In this document: positions 13,993 to 27,240 of the stretch, one piece after another
How the letters are laid out: every line of letters starts with the position of its first letter
Numbering within the stretch: position 1 is the stretch's first letter
Assembly: GCF_964204865.1 (NCBI RefSeq)
Contig: NC_135262.1
Coordinates: 8,990,001-9,054,000, forward strand
Origin: Styela clava
Taxonomy: Eukaryota
Direction: 5' to 3'
DNA: 64,000 nucleotides
Program-made: the position numbers and the translations under genes
The notes under the pieces: generated by a model
Databases searched by the model: none
Told to the model about the DNA's origin: nothing
Seen by the model: only the letters and a program-made list of their open reading frames with translations

Positions 13993-15796
13993 ATGCCGGT
14001 TGAATTCTACTACTTGGCTATGAGCCCTCCATGTCGCGGAGTTTGGATGGTATTGGAAGCACTTGGTGTTGAGTATACTGACAAATTCATCAATATATTG
14101 AACCAGGAAAATAAAACTCCGGAATTTGCCAAAATCAACTGGAGACAAAAAATACCGGCAATCCGTGATGGGGATTTTGTATTAGGCGAAAGGTATGAAA
14201 CAAAGATGTTATCATTCAATAAAATGATTCATTGTCAGAATAAAATTTTCACAAAATGTTACTCTTATCAGCAATTTGAATCAGTTTGTATATTTCCAAG
14301 TTTCTACAATTGTGAAATTATGTTTATTATTTAAATGTATTGCTATTTTTATTATACATTATTTCAGTCGTGCAATCGCGACATATCTCTGTGAAGAGTA
14401 TGCTGCAAGAAACAACAAAACATCCATTTATCCGAATGACGCAAAGCTCAGAGCAAGAATCAACCAAATGCTTTATGTGGATGAAAATTGGAGTGAACAA
14501 CTCATGTCTTATATCGTAAGTAGTAAATTTACATCAATGGTCAAATTGGCTGGTAATTAACGCTGAATTAATTAATAATCGTAATTTGTCAATTTTTGAT
14601 TAATTGAGTTATATGAGCCCGGTATACAATCGAGTTACATGAACGCGGAGTATACCTACTGATATTTATTAACCCCGATACCTAAAGCACATAATGTCAT
14701 AGTATTTATCATGCTCCATGTGGAAGTCAAGGAAGCGTTTCCAATGTATTTGCGTAACTTTATAATGAAATATTGAGTGCACTCACCATGATTGCTTCAT
14801 ACCTATTATACCTACCGGGTGGTTATCCCCATTTGTGTCTGCTTTATTTGTTTTATAAGTAAATGTATATTGTGTGTAACACAAGTTTTGTACATGAATG
14901 TAACTTTCAGAATATAGGCGGAGTTGTAATGCGAGGAGAAAAGCCAAAAACAGAAAACGTTGACAAAGTGAAAGAGGTTCTGGGAGCTGTTGAGAAAGTA
15001 CTGAATGAGCGAAAATACATTGCTGCTGACCAACTCACCATTGCAGGTAATGCGGCGATTATTTCATTCTACGGGGGAAAATAAACAGTTTTTTCTTTAT
15101 GAAGTGGGGTTATGCTTTTACTGTCATACTTGATCATTCAATTTCAAAATCACTTCATATGTAGTAATATGTAGTTAACATTAACGTTTGATTGATCACA
15201 ATCTCCAGATGAAAATGTACTCTAGCATTGAAAGCATTTAAATATCTTATCGCAATATTTATATGGGAATATCTTTCAGATGTTACTTGGCTTATCTTTT
15301 CTTAAAAGTGTACCAACCCACATAGATGACAAGCCTTGTACTATAAGGTGAACCAGATTCGACAAAAAGGCAATTACCAAACACAATATACTAACAAATA
15401 TCAGTAACTGTATTAATACTTTAACTGTATCAATACAATGACTGCTAAAATCGAGTTAGAAAAAGTTCCAATATTCAAACGTTATTTGGTTATGTGATAT
15501 GACGAAAATAGATCTTCGATTCAATAAGAGGTACTACTTTGAACAAATTTAGTTATATAATGTGAATAAATATAGTTACAGTATGTAAACAAGGATTTTC
15601 AAACTCTACTCATTCTTCAGATTTTTTCGTGTACGTGACTGTGGGATTGCTTCAAATGACGGAATACAAAGAGTATGATGCGTATCCTAAACTTGTAGCA
15701 TGGCAGAAAACAATGTCAGAACTTCCATATCACAAGAAAACCTGCGAGGAACCTCTGGGGCAACTGGGAGCATTCTACAAATCAAAGCTTCAGTGA
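13993..15796 (+). CDS. Glutathione S-transferase, theta/delta-like (GST-C); exons 13993-14192, 14368-14515, 14911-15046, 15621-15796
   Basis: MPVEFYYLAMSPPCRGVW...QKIPAIRDGDFVLGE/SRAIATYL...QLTIA/DFFVY...YPKLVAWQKTM...KSKLQ*; in-frame GT-AG junctions. Confidence 0.95.
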
Positions 15797-17512
15797 TCGA
15801 CTCATGAAACTTGTCAGCATATTCTGAATTCTCATAATAAAACTTTATAATACATATCAAACAATTTTGAACTTAATAAAACTCTTTTGATTCCACACAT
15901 CCTGTTTTAATGTAGCATACATGGTGTTGAAGTAGGGCGTGTATTCCGAATTGGCGTGAGTGGTAAGTGTTGCAACAGCCAGTTTTCATTGCCACACTTG
16001 AACAACCCTTGGATATATTTCAAACAACTAAATTACTAAACCTTACTATATGGTAACTTGGTGAGCGGTTCCACGGGTCGCGGTTTTTAAATGAAATCAG
16101 GGGAAATTGGTAAAAACAGATGCTCATACAGTTGTGGTCATCTCAAAAACTTTGTATATGTTTTGAAGCCTTCCCTTCAAAGGTCCTTAGTTTATATAAG
16201 CTACACCTCACAGCTGTGTATTAGAATTAAACATTCTTCAGACTTGACATTTTGGGACGGTCTCATGGATTAGATATAGTGTCGGACTTTGACGTTGCTT
16301 GAAGGGCACTGTAGGACACATGCGTACTATTTCGTTTACATCAATTTTGAGTTAGGCTTGATGTGGTAAATTCTCAAGCTTGCAACGTGGGGGTCAATTC
16401 CGGCAACGACATCGCATGGGATATTGGAACTACATAGTTGCTACATTACATTATGCAATTTGTTAATTCAGACATACATAGTTGGATATTATTCATTTTC
16501 TAAAGTACTGAGCACATTCCGGAAGAAATAACGAAAAGTAAATAAATTCACTCTTTAGTGAACAAAAACGCCTTTTAGCATGTAGTCATTTTGGTTAATC
16601 ATTTGTAAAATAAGCACATACCTTCATGACGATGCAATTTTTAAATGGGGCTTGTTCAATATTGGATGTATACCAGTAATTTCGTCTGTCACTGTGGTCA
16701 AATATTGATCATGCAACATCCTATGACAAAGCATTTTTAGCCGACCTTCGAAAGGCAACTATTATGAAACATACTGGTTTAGTATTTATTGGATGACTGC
16801 TGTTACGTACCACTCGGAAATATTTTTTTTCATTATCAAAATTTAAAATATATAAATTTTGCTATTCTAGACTTAAATATCTAACTTGAAGTATCTGAAT
16901 TTGATCAAACACTAAACGACATTTCTGACATGGAAAAACAAAATAGGCAGTGTGGTAGGAATGATAAAATAATACATTAAAATTACCTAGGCCTAGACTA
17001 GATGATTGGAATTTCTTTTTAAATATATTTATACTAGGCTACCTGTATTTGTATTAATTACTGCTATTATGTTTTTTTTTCATATAATTCACTAAAAACA
17101 AATGTTGACAATTCTATCAGAAACTTGAATGTGTTGCAAGATTGAGTTAGAGAATGCACTTCATATAATCAATAGTGGCAATCACAATTATAAACACAAT
17201 TTTTTTCGATTGCAACCTTAACAATACATAGGAAAAGAACTCGCAAGTAAAACATGTCTGATTTATCAAATACTCCAAATAAATCCCAGATATTTTTGTT
17301 TAATATTTGAAAATGAGATAAAGTAATTTCAAAGCTTATACAGTGCTCGAGTTACTCGGCAAAATTGCACAACATTAATGTCGATTGTAAAAAAGAACAC
17401 GTTTGGGTAAATACAGTCGAAAAGCAAACATTCGAAAAGAGACTTATAAAAGAAACATCGAATGTGCGCAAAGAACATTTACCCTTCGTAATTGCGCTTG
17501 CAGGTCATAACG

Positions 17513-19505
17513 ATGCCGATTGACTTTTATTACACCCCCTTAAGTCCACCGTGCAAAACTGTGTATATGGTCCTAGAGGAACTTGGACTAGAACATACAG
17601 ACCATGATTTGGATTTGAGGAAAGGTGAGCACAAAACTGCTCAATACGCTGAATTGAACCCAAGGCAAAAAGTCCCTGCACTACGCGATGATTCGCTAAT
17701 AGTTGGAGAGAGGTGAGTATTAGAATTTTAATATATTTTAAAACTGAATGTAATTTGGAAATATTGTGGAAAATCTAAATTAACTATTTTCCAAAGTGAA
17801 GTTTTAATAATTTTTTTTTGTTGTTAATTGAATCAATTACATCAGAAATAAATTGTATATGTTGTTGAATAAAAACAACAAAAAAAAATAAATATTTTTT
17901 TTACAGATTTTTGTCAGACCACAAAGATTACGTATTTTTATACTCAATTTGTATACATACGTATCGCTTGTGCCCAGAGTACATACGTTCAGCTGGTCGA
18001 TTACCAAGTACTGATGTATCTGGCAAAACCTTTAAAGTTGCTTTTGGGCCCATTCATATCAAAATAAGCGGACCTCATGAAATATGCGCACCAAGATGGC
18101 GCACAACCTGAACTCATGTTGTGTACCAGGTTAGGGTTCAGGTTGTGCGACATCTTGGTGCGCATACTTCAGGAGTACCAAATAAGCAAATGATCAACTT
18201 TGAACTTGGCGTGATTATAACAATCAATTTCAAATATGTTTTATTTTTTTACCAACCCCATATGCGTCATATTTTATTTTGCTCCGCTTTTCTTTCTCTA
18301 AGTGGTATTTCTAGGTTGATATTACCGCATAAGTCCAAAATGAGCATCACATTTTACTATAACCATATAAGAATTAAATACATTGCTATTATTGTTGTGA
18401 TCTGTTAAATTTTCATTTAAATGTTTCAGTCGAGCTATTGCTTGCTATCTATGCAACGAATACGGAGCGATGAAGAACAAGAAAAATCTTTATCCGACAG
18501 ATCCACGAACACGAGCAAAAGTTGATCAAATGCTTTACATTGATGTTGATTGGTGGGAAAGTATAGTATCCTACGTGGTAAGTTTCGACGTTGGCAAAAA
18601 CTCGACATTCAATATATTTTTTAAGTGGCACAGAAAGCAGAGCACAGTGAACTCACTGTAAGATATATACCCGAATCTTTGCGTTTTTTTGAGCAATCAA
18701 AGAAACCCAAATTAAAGGAATTAAAATTTAATTATAGTAGCATTAACCCTTTATATCACTCTGTTCTGCTCCTGCGTTTGATGAGCTAGATTAAAAAAAC
18801 TGATTTTAGGACACGATTCTGCATAGAAGAGCAAAGCTGCAGTGTACTGATATGTACGTTTGGTGCATTGTTATATTTAAACTTTAGATAGTTTACACAC
18901 TAAAATGTTCAAATGTTCACTTTATTACTATCATTGTTTCTTAGAATGTTCGAGGAGTTTTTCTGCGGAATGAAAAAACTAAAGTCGAAAATGTTGGCAA
19001 CGTCACCGACGTTCTTGCAGCTTGTAATAAAATTTTGTCTGAGAAGAAATACATTGCCGCTGATCATTTGACAATCGCAGGTAATAAATAAGTTAACTTG
19101 TTTGATCCAGTCCAATTTGAGTAAAACATATACCAATTTGATATATAGACATAGACAATAAAACCTAATTTTATTGCCCGCTTAGCGGCTTCAAATCCAA
19201 ATGCACTTCCAGTACAACACATGGTATATATATATCGAAAAGTTTGAATTGTTTCACATTTATTTTACAAAATAACAAAATTCAATAAATCATGACGCTA
19301 ATCTTCGTGTTTTATTTTTTATTTAGACTTTGCTATTTACAACACATTATCGCTGCTCAACATAACGAATTTCAATGACTACGATGCATATCCCAAAGTC
19401 GTATCTTGGAAGAAAACAATTTCACAACTTCCATATCACAAAAAAATCTGCGAGGAGCCGGAGCAAAAGTTTAGAGCATTATATCTGTCCAAACTTGAAG
19501 AATAA
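17513..19505 (+). CDS. Glutathione S-transferase, theta/delta-like (GST-D); exons 17513-17712, 18430-18577, 18945-19080, 19327-19505
   Basis: MPIDFYYTPLSPPCKTV...NPRQKVPALRDDSLIVGE/SRAIACYL...HLTIA/DFAIY...YPKVVSWKK...KLEE*. Confidence 0.95.
18071..18179. mobile_element. Palindromic ~110-bp MITE in GST-D intron 1
   Basis: ATGCGCACCAAGATGGCGCACAACCTGAAC / GTTCAGGTTGTGCGACATCTTGGTGCGCAT near-perfect inverted arms. Confidence 0.8.
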
Positions 19506-22500
19506 ACTTATAAGCTTCGATTATATAAATAAACGCGTAATTTAAGAGTAATAAACTTTGAATGACAGTGCTATTGTTAAATTTACTCAAATTTACCAAA
19601 ATGCTAACAACATCTAAAAGGAATAATTTAGTATTTTGGAGAAAATTTTAATTTTTTTGAAATTGTATGTCAATTAATTAAATAATGTATCATTTTTAAC
19701 GTATATAAAATAATAATAATATGTTAAAAAAAATTTTTTGAAGGAAAGTACAATATCAAACAATTACAGTGTACTCTGAATAATACTACAGTAGCGTACC
19801 TCAGTCGTCCGCTCAATGCCCTACACACGTTCGCTTGCTTATAACGTCAGGAAGTTGATCGACTCAGAAGTTAATCTAGTCCAGTGTTGAGATGTTGACA
19901 GTGAATAGATAACAGTGTGCGTGCCCGTATTATGCACTGAAAATGAATCATCAGCAGCAGATGTTTTGTCAATTTTAGACTAATATTAGAAATAAGTTAA
20001 AAGACCAATATATATCAACACACGATTAGATATGTCTTTCGATATATTATACACCAAATTATCAAAAATGTTGATTGCGTTGTAAATTGCAAAACTGACG
20101 GCTTTAGATCGATTTTGAATTCAGCAACAAAAATTTCAATTTTAATAAAAATTCAACATTCGGACCTTATCAATTGGAAATCCTCTTTCATGAAATCGCA
20201 TTAATTCAGGAAAATTATAGTATGATTCAAAGTTCTAAACCGCATGCAAAGCTTTGACAAATTTTAATGAAGGACACTATGGCAGATAACCCCGAGTTTT
20301 GGAATATTTAACCGCTAAATACTGAATATGAATAAATCAAAATATGCTGATGTTCCTGAGACTGAAGTCACGAATAAAACTCTTTGGAAATTACTAACAC
20401 AGGAGGGACTGAAAATTGTGTGCCACTTGTGTCTAATTGTTTTGCATTCCACAATCGGCTTAAAAACATGCTCTTATTTTTTCAAGTTAGTGCGATTTCA
20501 TCGAAGAGGTCATACAAGTTTGAGGGAAGCCTGCCGTTAGGTTAAATTCTGCAAGTTTCAATTTCTGGATTTGCCACTGATGAATTTAAAAACGGTGGGA
20601 AGTCGATTGTTTTGCGAGTTACAACGTAATCTACATTTAAGGTGGTGATAAGGTGGTGTCGGTATGATAACTATAACTTATTTTTTTCCGATATTAGTTC
20701 GAAAACTTAAAAGAATGGGGCACTGCTCTCCGGCCTTCCTATCCACCTCTGCTGATATGTTGGCAGTGACAAGCTTTTCTATACTCGACTCGCCTCTCTC
20801 AGCATACATAATTTGGGTCCACTTTCCTATCTCCATCATATTTCATTTCCCCAACCATTGCCCTATCCTCTAAGTCGTTCTAATCTCTCAGCTGTCCTAT
20901 CCGACTTCTCGCCCAACTTCTCTGTTCCTTCATGTTTCCTATCCTTGAACCGCTGCGCTCTTCAGCAACTACCATATCCGCTGCCCACTTACTTTCTTTC
21001 TGGAACTACTTTCAGCCTGCTTTTTACAGGAATACGATCCACAAGCATTTCCTGCCAATTCGTCAGTACAAATAGGTACCGCTGAGTAGAGGTACTACTC
21101 TACAAAATGTAGTAACATGATGTAATCAGATCATGTTCCAGTAGCATAGCAAGTTAACAGTAGCAAGGTTTAAAGCTACAAATTATAGTGGTCGAATACC
21201 ATTTGAGATTCCAGAAAATAAGCCTGCATTAACTGGCTCGACAAATGATGTAAATAGGACGCCATTTTCAAATTTAAAACATTTATCATCATATATCCTC
21301 AACGAGATATAAATTTGTTTCAAACTTAACTATAACCCTAATAACATCTCACAAAGTCATTCAACCTTATGGGCATGTTTCATCGACATACGTTGAAATG
21401 ATCTCATTGGCATAGTTGGGCCATATAACACATGGAAGTTAGCATAAACGTAGACTAAAAAGGCTAGATGTAAGGATCGGAACGTTGGCGAGGAGCGGCT
21501 GGGATTGGGTCTGAGACGGAGGTAACGAGGCGATATGGTGCGGTGGGTTGAGGTTAGGAGGTTGCGGGCGGTAGGAGACTGCAGGAGGACTCGAGAGAGA
21601 AGGGGTGCTAGGTATAAGGCGATGGATCGAGGATGGGAAAGATGAGAATAGGTAGGACAGTGGGTGGAGGCTAAGGCAGAGAGGGGAGGAGCGTTGGACC
21701 GAGGAGTAGAAAGGTTGATTAGGGTGAGGCAGTGTGGGTCGTGGCTAGGAAAAAAAGCTGAAGGAACTCTTCGACCCTCTCAGCATTTCTTCTAATTAGT
21801 CCTCAACTCACTAACTACTGCAACTACACTATCCCCCTCAGCTTTCCCATCTACATCCCTTTATATTTTTCCTGTCCAACAACTTCCCACATTCCTAATC
21901 ACCTGTCCTAGCCCAAGCCACTACTACCCTATCCGCATCCAAATATCCTATGGTCCTCAGCCTTCCTATTTTATTTTATAAATTACACCATCGTTTTTTG
22001 TTCGTTTTGAATGTGCCCCAGTGCCTGTCCGAATGTGCCCCACAAGTGTACCCCAGTGGGACACTTGACAGACGTTTTTTAAAGCATTTCAGTGAAAAGT
22101 TGTGTGTTGCTAGGGAATTTCTTAGTCGACGAATAAATACTACATTTACCCCTTTCTGCATTAGCCCCGCAAACCGAAATGAATGTGTAGAATATAGGGC
22201 TCAAAATATGCAAAAGAAAAAGTCCCAACCTTCCCTACTTTACCCTATTGTGCTTAGCACATCAGCTGTATTGGTATGGATGTAGCTTGAATACTTAGTC
22301 AGTTTAAATGACTGATTTCGAGAAATGGATAAAATGTCATTTTTATTGTGTATTGTATTTTGAATAAATTATTGCAATAGAACATGGGCACTTTCGTTGT
22401 TTTCATAAAACTTTAGTTTGAGGCTTAGTTTATTTTCAAAAAGAATAAATTTGACTGAATAATAGATTGTAAATTGTTGACAAAAATTGCTTTATTTCAT

Positions 22501-22904
22501 CCAGCTTGAGTATATGTTTACAGTTTTTTTTTTCGAATAATTCTCCATTTTTTTCTAATCGCATTCGACACCATGGTTAGTGTGTACGGTAATGAACACT
22601 ACGCTTATTATAGATTTCAAATTAAAACTTAGTTAACTATATAAAAGCACAGACAAAAAAAATGTTCTCACCTCCTTGATATTTAGGCTATTTTATTCTC
22701 TATAATAGTATACGGTGTTGTGCAAAGTTTGTTATAAATTTAGAAAAAATCAAAGCCCAGCTGTAAAAATACTATTGTGAATACGCTAGTGGGCGCAAAA
22801 CATCTACCGTGATATACATTGCGTGTGTGCCCTTTATGCGCGATAAACAGATGCGTAACTATCCAAATATCAAATAGGCATAGAACATAGGTTACATTTA
22901 AATT

Positions 22905-23325
22905 ATATTTTTGGACACGTAGTGGACATAACGATCGTTTCAATATTATGTTGTTGTTGTTCTTGTTCTTTGACACGTTTTTAAAAAGTCGCTTTTCTCT
23001 TCGAATACTGGACCAATTGCTTTGAAATTTTCAGTGGTTAAAGATTAATTTTTTCGCTAGAAGGCTATTACTTTTATTTATTTCAAAATTTTGCGTGAAT
23101 TCTATGACATTTGATATTTCGTCTAAAATTTTGCTGTATTATTTTTTATCCATGGGAACACGGATTTTAGTCAGTGTCATGACTGGCTGTACGTTTTGAT
23201 TCTGCAAAATTCTTGCTATTGGAAATTCAGAACTTTTTTGAGGGTACCGGTAGCGTCAAAGGTACCGGTAAGGACTGATTCGCTCTGGTCTAACGTGTCC
23301 ATATATTTGTGCGTAGCTCTCTTGT
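22905..23325 (-). mobile_element. Interspersed repeat, family 2 (Helentron/HINE-like); second copy at ~35617-35790 (+)
   Basis: Both copies share the ACAAGAGAGCTA...CAAATAT.TGGACACG head and the ACAAGAACAACAACAACATA...AACGATC tail. Class assignment is tentative. Confidence 0.55.
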
Positions 23326-23820
23326 TTTATTTACGAATATTGTTAGACCAAGAAATATTTTTATATTTGAGTTTTGCCGTCCATCACGTGGTTAAAGTAT
23401 AAATAGGGCTTGTCAGACAAAACAATGGTCAGGTACGTTCTACATATCACGTTATCTTATGTGAGATTCTAAGCCCAATTTTATTTGGCAAAATATATTA
23501 TATTTAAAACCCTTAAAAAAAATTTTTATTCTTATATTTCTCTAAATAAATTTGTATTTTGTTATTCTCAAATTAACGATATTTCAGGATAACTACACTC
23601 CAAGAATACCACCCTGCAGCTTTCATACCACATGGTTGTAAATTATAAATCAATTTCACCATAAAATGCCATCCAATTTATTTGTATTCATATGAAATCG
23701 ACTAATAATTCTAAACGAGGTTTTCAAATTATATAATTAAATATATATATATTTATAAAATTCACGAGATAGCAGGAAGTTCACAATTTCTTACAAAAAG
23801 GTGTTAAAATAGATTATAAA

Positions 23821-25449
23821 CTATTGCAGCCCTCTCTTTGCTCTGTATGCATTTCTAGTCATCTCCATGGGATCTTCGTAGGTTTTCTTATGACAGGATA
23901 GTTCCGAAATATGTTTCCTCCACTCTAATATTTTAGGATATGAGCTCATGTCTTCAAAATTTTCCGAGAGTTGGTAAATCAAGCCAGTAGTGACGTAAGC
24001 AAAGAAATCTGTGTATCGAATAGCAGACAAAACGTGTTTATTTATATACCAATATGCTTCAATAATATGACATACAATTTTTATAAAACCACGGTTAGAT
24101 GTGGAAATGAAATCATATATACCTGCGACTGTCAAATGGTTTCCAGCGATAAATTTATTCTCCGTAAGAAATTTTTCAACGGCATCAAGATAGTTTTTTA
24201 CATCCTCTTCGTATTCTTTGCACATATTCGTTTCGCCTCGGAAGAAAACTCCTCCGATATTCTAAAAATATTGGGAAGAAACATTTATATTGACGACATT
24301 ACTCAAAAGAGAATGAAAGTGTATCACAAATGATGTCCTCACTACTGAGATGTTAGACTAGAGTATTCGTTATTTTTGATGCGCCATGTAATCCAGCAAA
24401 TATATATATTGACCCGAAATAAAAAGTATTTGATTGCTTTGTATTAACTTAATATATAATCATGATAGCATGTCGTGAATGATTAAACTTTGTGAGTTTT
24501 AAGGTAGGAAGTACGTATGCCAATTCGATGATCAAAGTAATCAATATTTAAAAATAATGTGTTTTTTGCTGTTCATGCTATAACGCTGTACACAAACGTT
24601 CTTTGAGTTTGGAAAAAAATTTCTTTCAAATAATTTAGTTGGAGGTTTTGGAGGTAAAACAACTACTAGGGCATCATATAGAATGTTACCAGATAATCGA
24701 AAGCTTTGGTTAATTCTGTTATATCACGGTAGAGGTAAGAGTCCACTTTGGCTTTGCATTTCGGATCTTGGGGATACAGAGCATCTTGCTTTTTTTCGTC
24801 TTCCAATTGTCGACAAATGTAAGCGGCTATCGATCGACTGAAATAAAGTCAATTACAATAGTAAATATAATGGGAAATTTGCCAAAACCCCTATTGCTTG
24901 CCTCTGTTTTACGGGGTTTCTGTTTCCTAAAAATATTCTATCAATACAGGAGGAAAATATAACTGTTGCTATCACAATTTCGACATAATTGTAACGTTTT
25001 GTGCCGAGAAGTAAATACTGTATGCCTACGATTACATCTCACGTTGGTTTCATCTTTACATTCTATGTATATATATACCAATACAATGACTGTTCATTTG
25101 GTAAAAGAGTAAAATTTGAGTGTAATATATTATAAGAAATCTAATAAAATAATCATGGATCTGGAAATTGTTTGGTTTCCTGGTTAATTTCACTCCCGAT
25201 CATTAATGCTGAACTCAGAGGTAAATTTAAATTTGAATACCTTTCTCCCATGCAGAAATCGCCATCTTTCAATCCTGGGACTTTTTCAAACACATTAATT
25301 TTCCTGTATTCTTCTGTCTTGTGTGCTCCTGATTGTACGTCAACTACTTTTTCTTCATAATCAGCTCCACAGCCCTTAAAATGTTCTAACAACATCCACA
25401 CCGCGCGACATGACGGACTCGTCGGACTAAAGAAAAATTCTAATGGCAT
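23821..25449 (-). CDS. Glutathione S-transferase, theta/delta-like (GST-E); exons 25449-25241, 24837-24690, 24261-24123, 24008-23821
   Basis: MPLEFFFSPTSPSCRAVW...EKVPGLKDGDFCMGE/SRSIAAYI...NHLTVA/DFFAY...YPKILEW...GLQ*. Confidence 0.93.
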
Positions 25450-27240
25450 TTTTTATATTAGGTCTCAAGAATACAAACTGTAATAGTCAAAAATTGATTT
25501 TCTATGAGTAACACATTCGATATGTTAAAGATATTTCCGACTGCACCTAATCAGTCGTAGTTCTTTGATCAAAGCTTGTCAAAAGTTTCAGCTATGTCAA
25601 ATTAGCTGACATCCCGAATTGTTGCAACATCGATTAGCAATCACCATGTTTTAATTGCATCTGAGGAAGGGTTGGCGCCATTGAAATATAAGACATTAAA
25701 AAAAACTAAAGAAGTTGTTTTGTATGAAATATTAACTGAGAATCGCCACATGGACATGATTAAATCACATGACTGTCATCCTAGATTCCTAGAAGAACCA
25801 TTTTTCAAAATATTGATATCGCCTGTATTATAGTCATCGGTAAACGTTGCTACGCAAGAACATATTTCTGTTAGATGAGAGGCAACCCATTGATGCCCTC
25901 CATCAATTGTCCCAACACCCACGTATGTTATATACGCTTTTTTAAATGTAAATTGAACGTTCCAAACACTATCGAGTGTGAACGACCTTCCAATCCCTTT
26001 TTCTTATCTTCACATCGTATTTGTGCTCGACCTGCAAAATCTCATATTGTATCATCGTGCCGCAATTCTCTAATAATTATATTTAGTCCAACAAAATATT
26101 GTTGTTTGCTAACAGACTAACATTTCAAATGATCTAAGCACTGCCATCCCCAACTCTACCAGTAGATTAAATGAAATTATCAATAGAACATATAAGTTTG
26201 TTTTTCTAAACACATCTATGTACAATGAGAAAGTTTTATTTAAAGACTCTCCACTCATGGTGTGAACTACAGATCAATTCGGCTTGTTTTGACTATTTAA
26301 TACAATCAAACGTATTTGCAAACTCATCACCGCATTCACAAAGACTGAATACGGAAAACATTCGATATCTCCGTCGTTAGGGGCCATACAAAGTTACAAA
26401 ACGACGAAAGAATAATAGCAACAATGATTTAGTAACTGAAATCACAACAACTGGTTTGGTACATACTCCGATCATTATACAAAATTTTCTTTGTTCAAGC
26501 TTGACACTGACAATACCGAGCTCCATGAAATGAATTCTGTGACTTAATAATAATATTAATACCGCGATATGTCAATTTTAAACTAGACTGTATGGAATAT
26601 TAATATGACTATGGTCATATAAAACAATTTGGCAATAAATAAAGTCATGAGGTATAATATAATATATATACAGCAGTAAACAATTGTATACATATATCAA
26701 GTAGGCATACCATATTGTCATCGGTTCCGATAAAAAATAAGATATTTGAGACTTATTAAACAAACCAACGATATATGCATCAATGGCAACGTGATAATTC
26801 ACCTTAGCTTTTGGACATGGTTATTTTGAATTTGGCGCCTTGGTGTTTTAAACCATGATTATGTATGAAATTTGAATATTTTGCACTTCGGCGTTTAATC
26901 TACCCAATTTTGTACATCTCACAGTGAAGAATTTGAGAAATATAGTGGCTCTGGATGCGCCACAGACTTTCGGGACGTAAAATGTTTTTATTTTTGCTCA
27001 ATAGATACTTTCGAATTCATATCACACCATTCATAAAAATCTAAAAATCATATCGCAATAAATTACAGATATTAACATGAAGTCCTTAACGAAAGTAACC
27101 TAATCTTTTTAAAAACAATAGCTCATTTTAAAATCTTTTGTTGTAGTGTTATAATTTTTCAATCTCTCAGTTGAAGTTAATGAGGAACGAAAAAAATCGT
27201 ATTTATTATACTATAGTTAATATAAGTGTTCCAAATGTTC

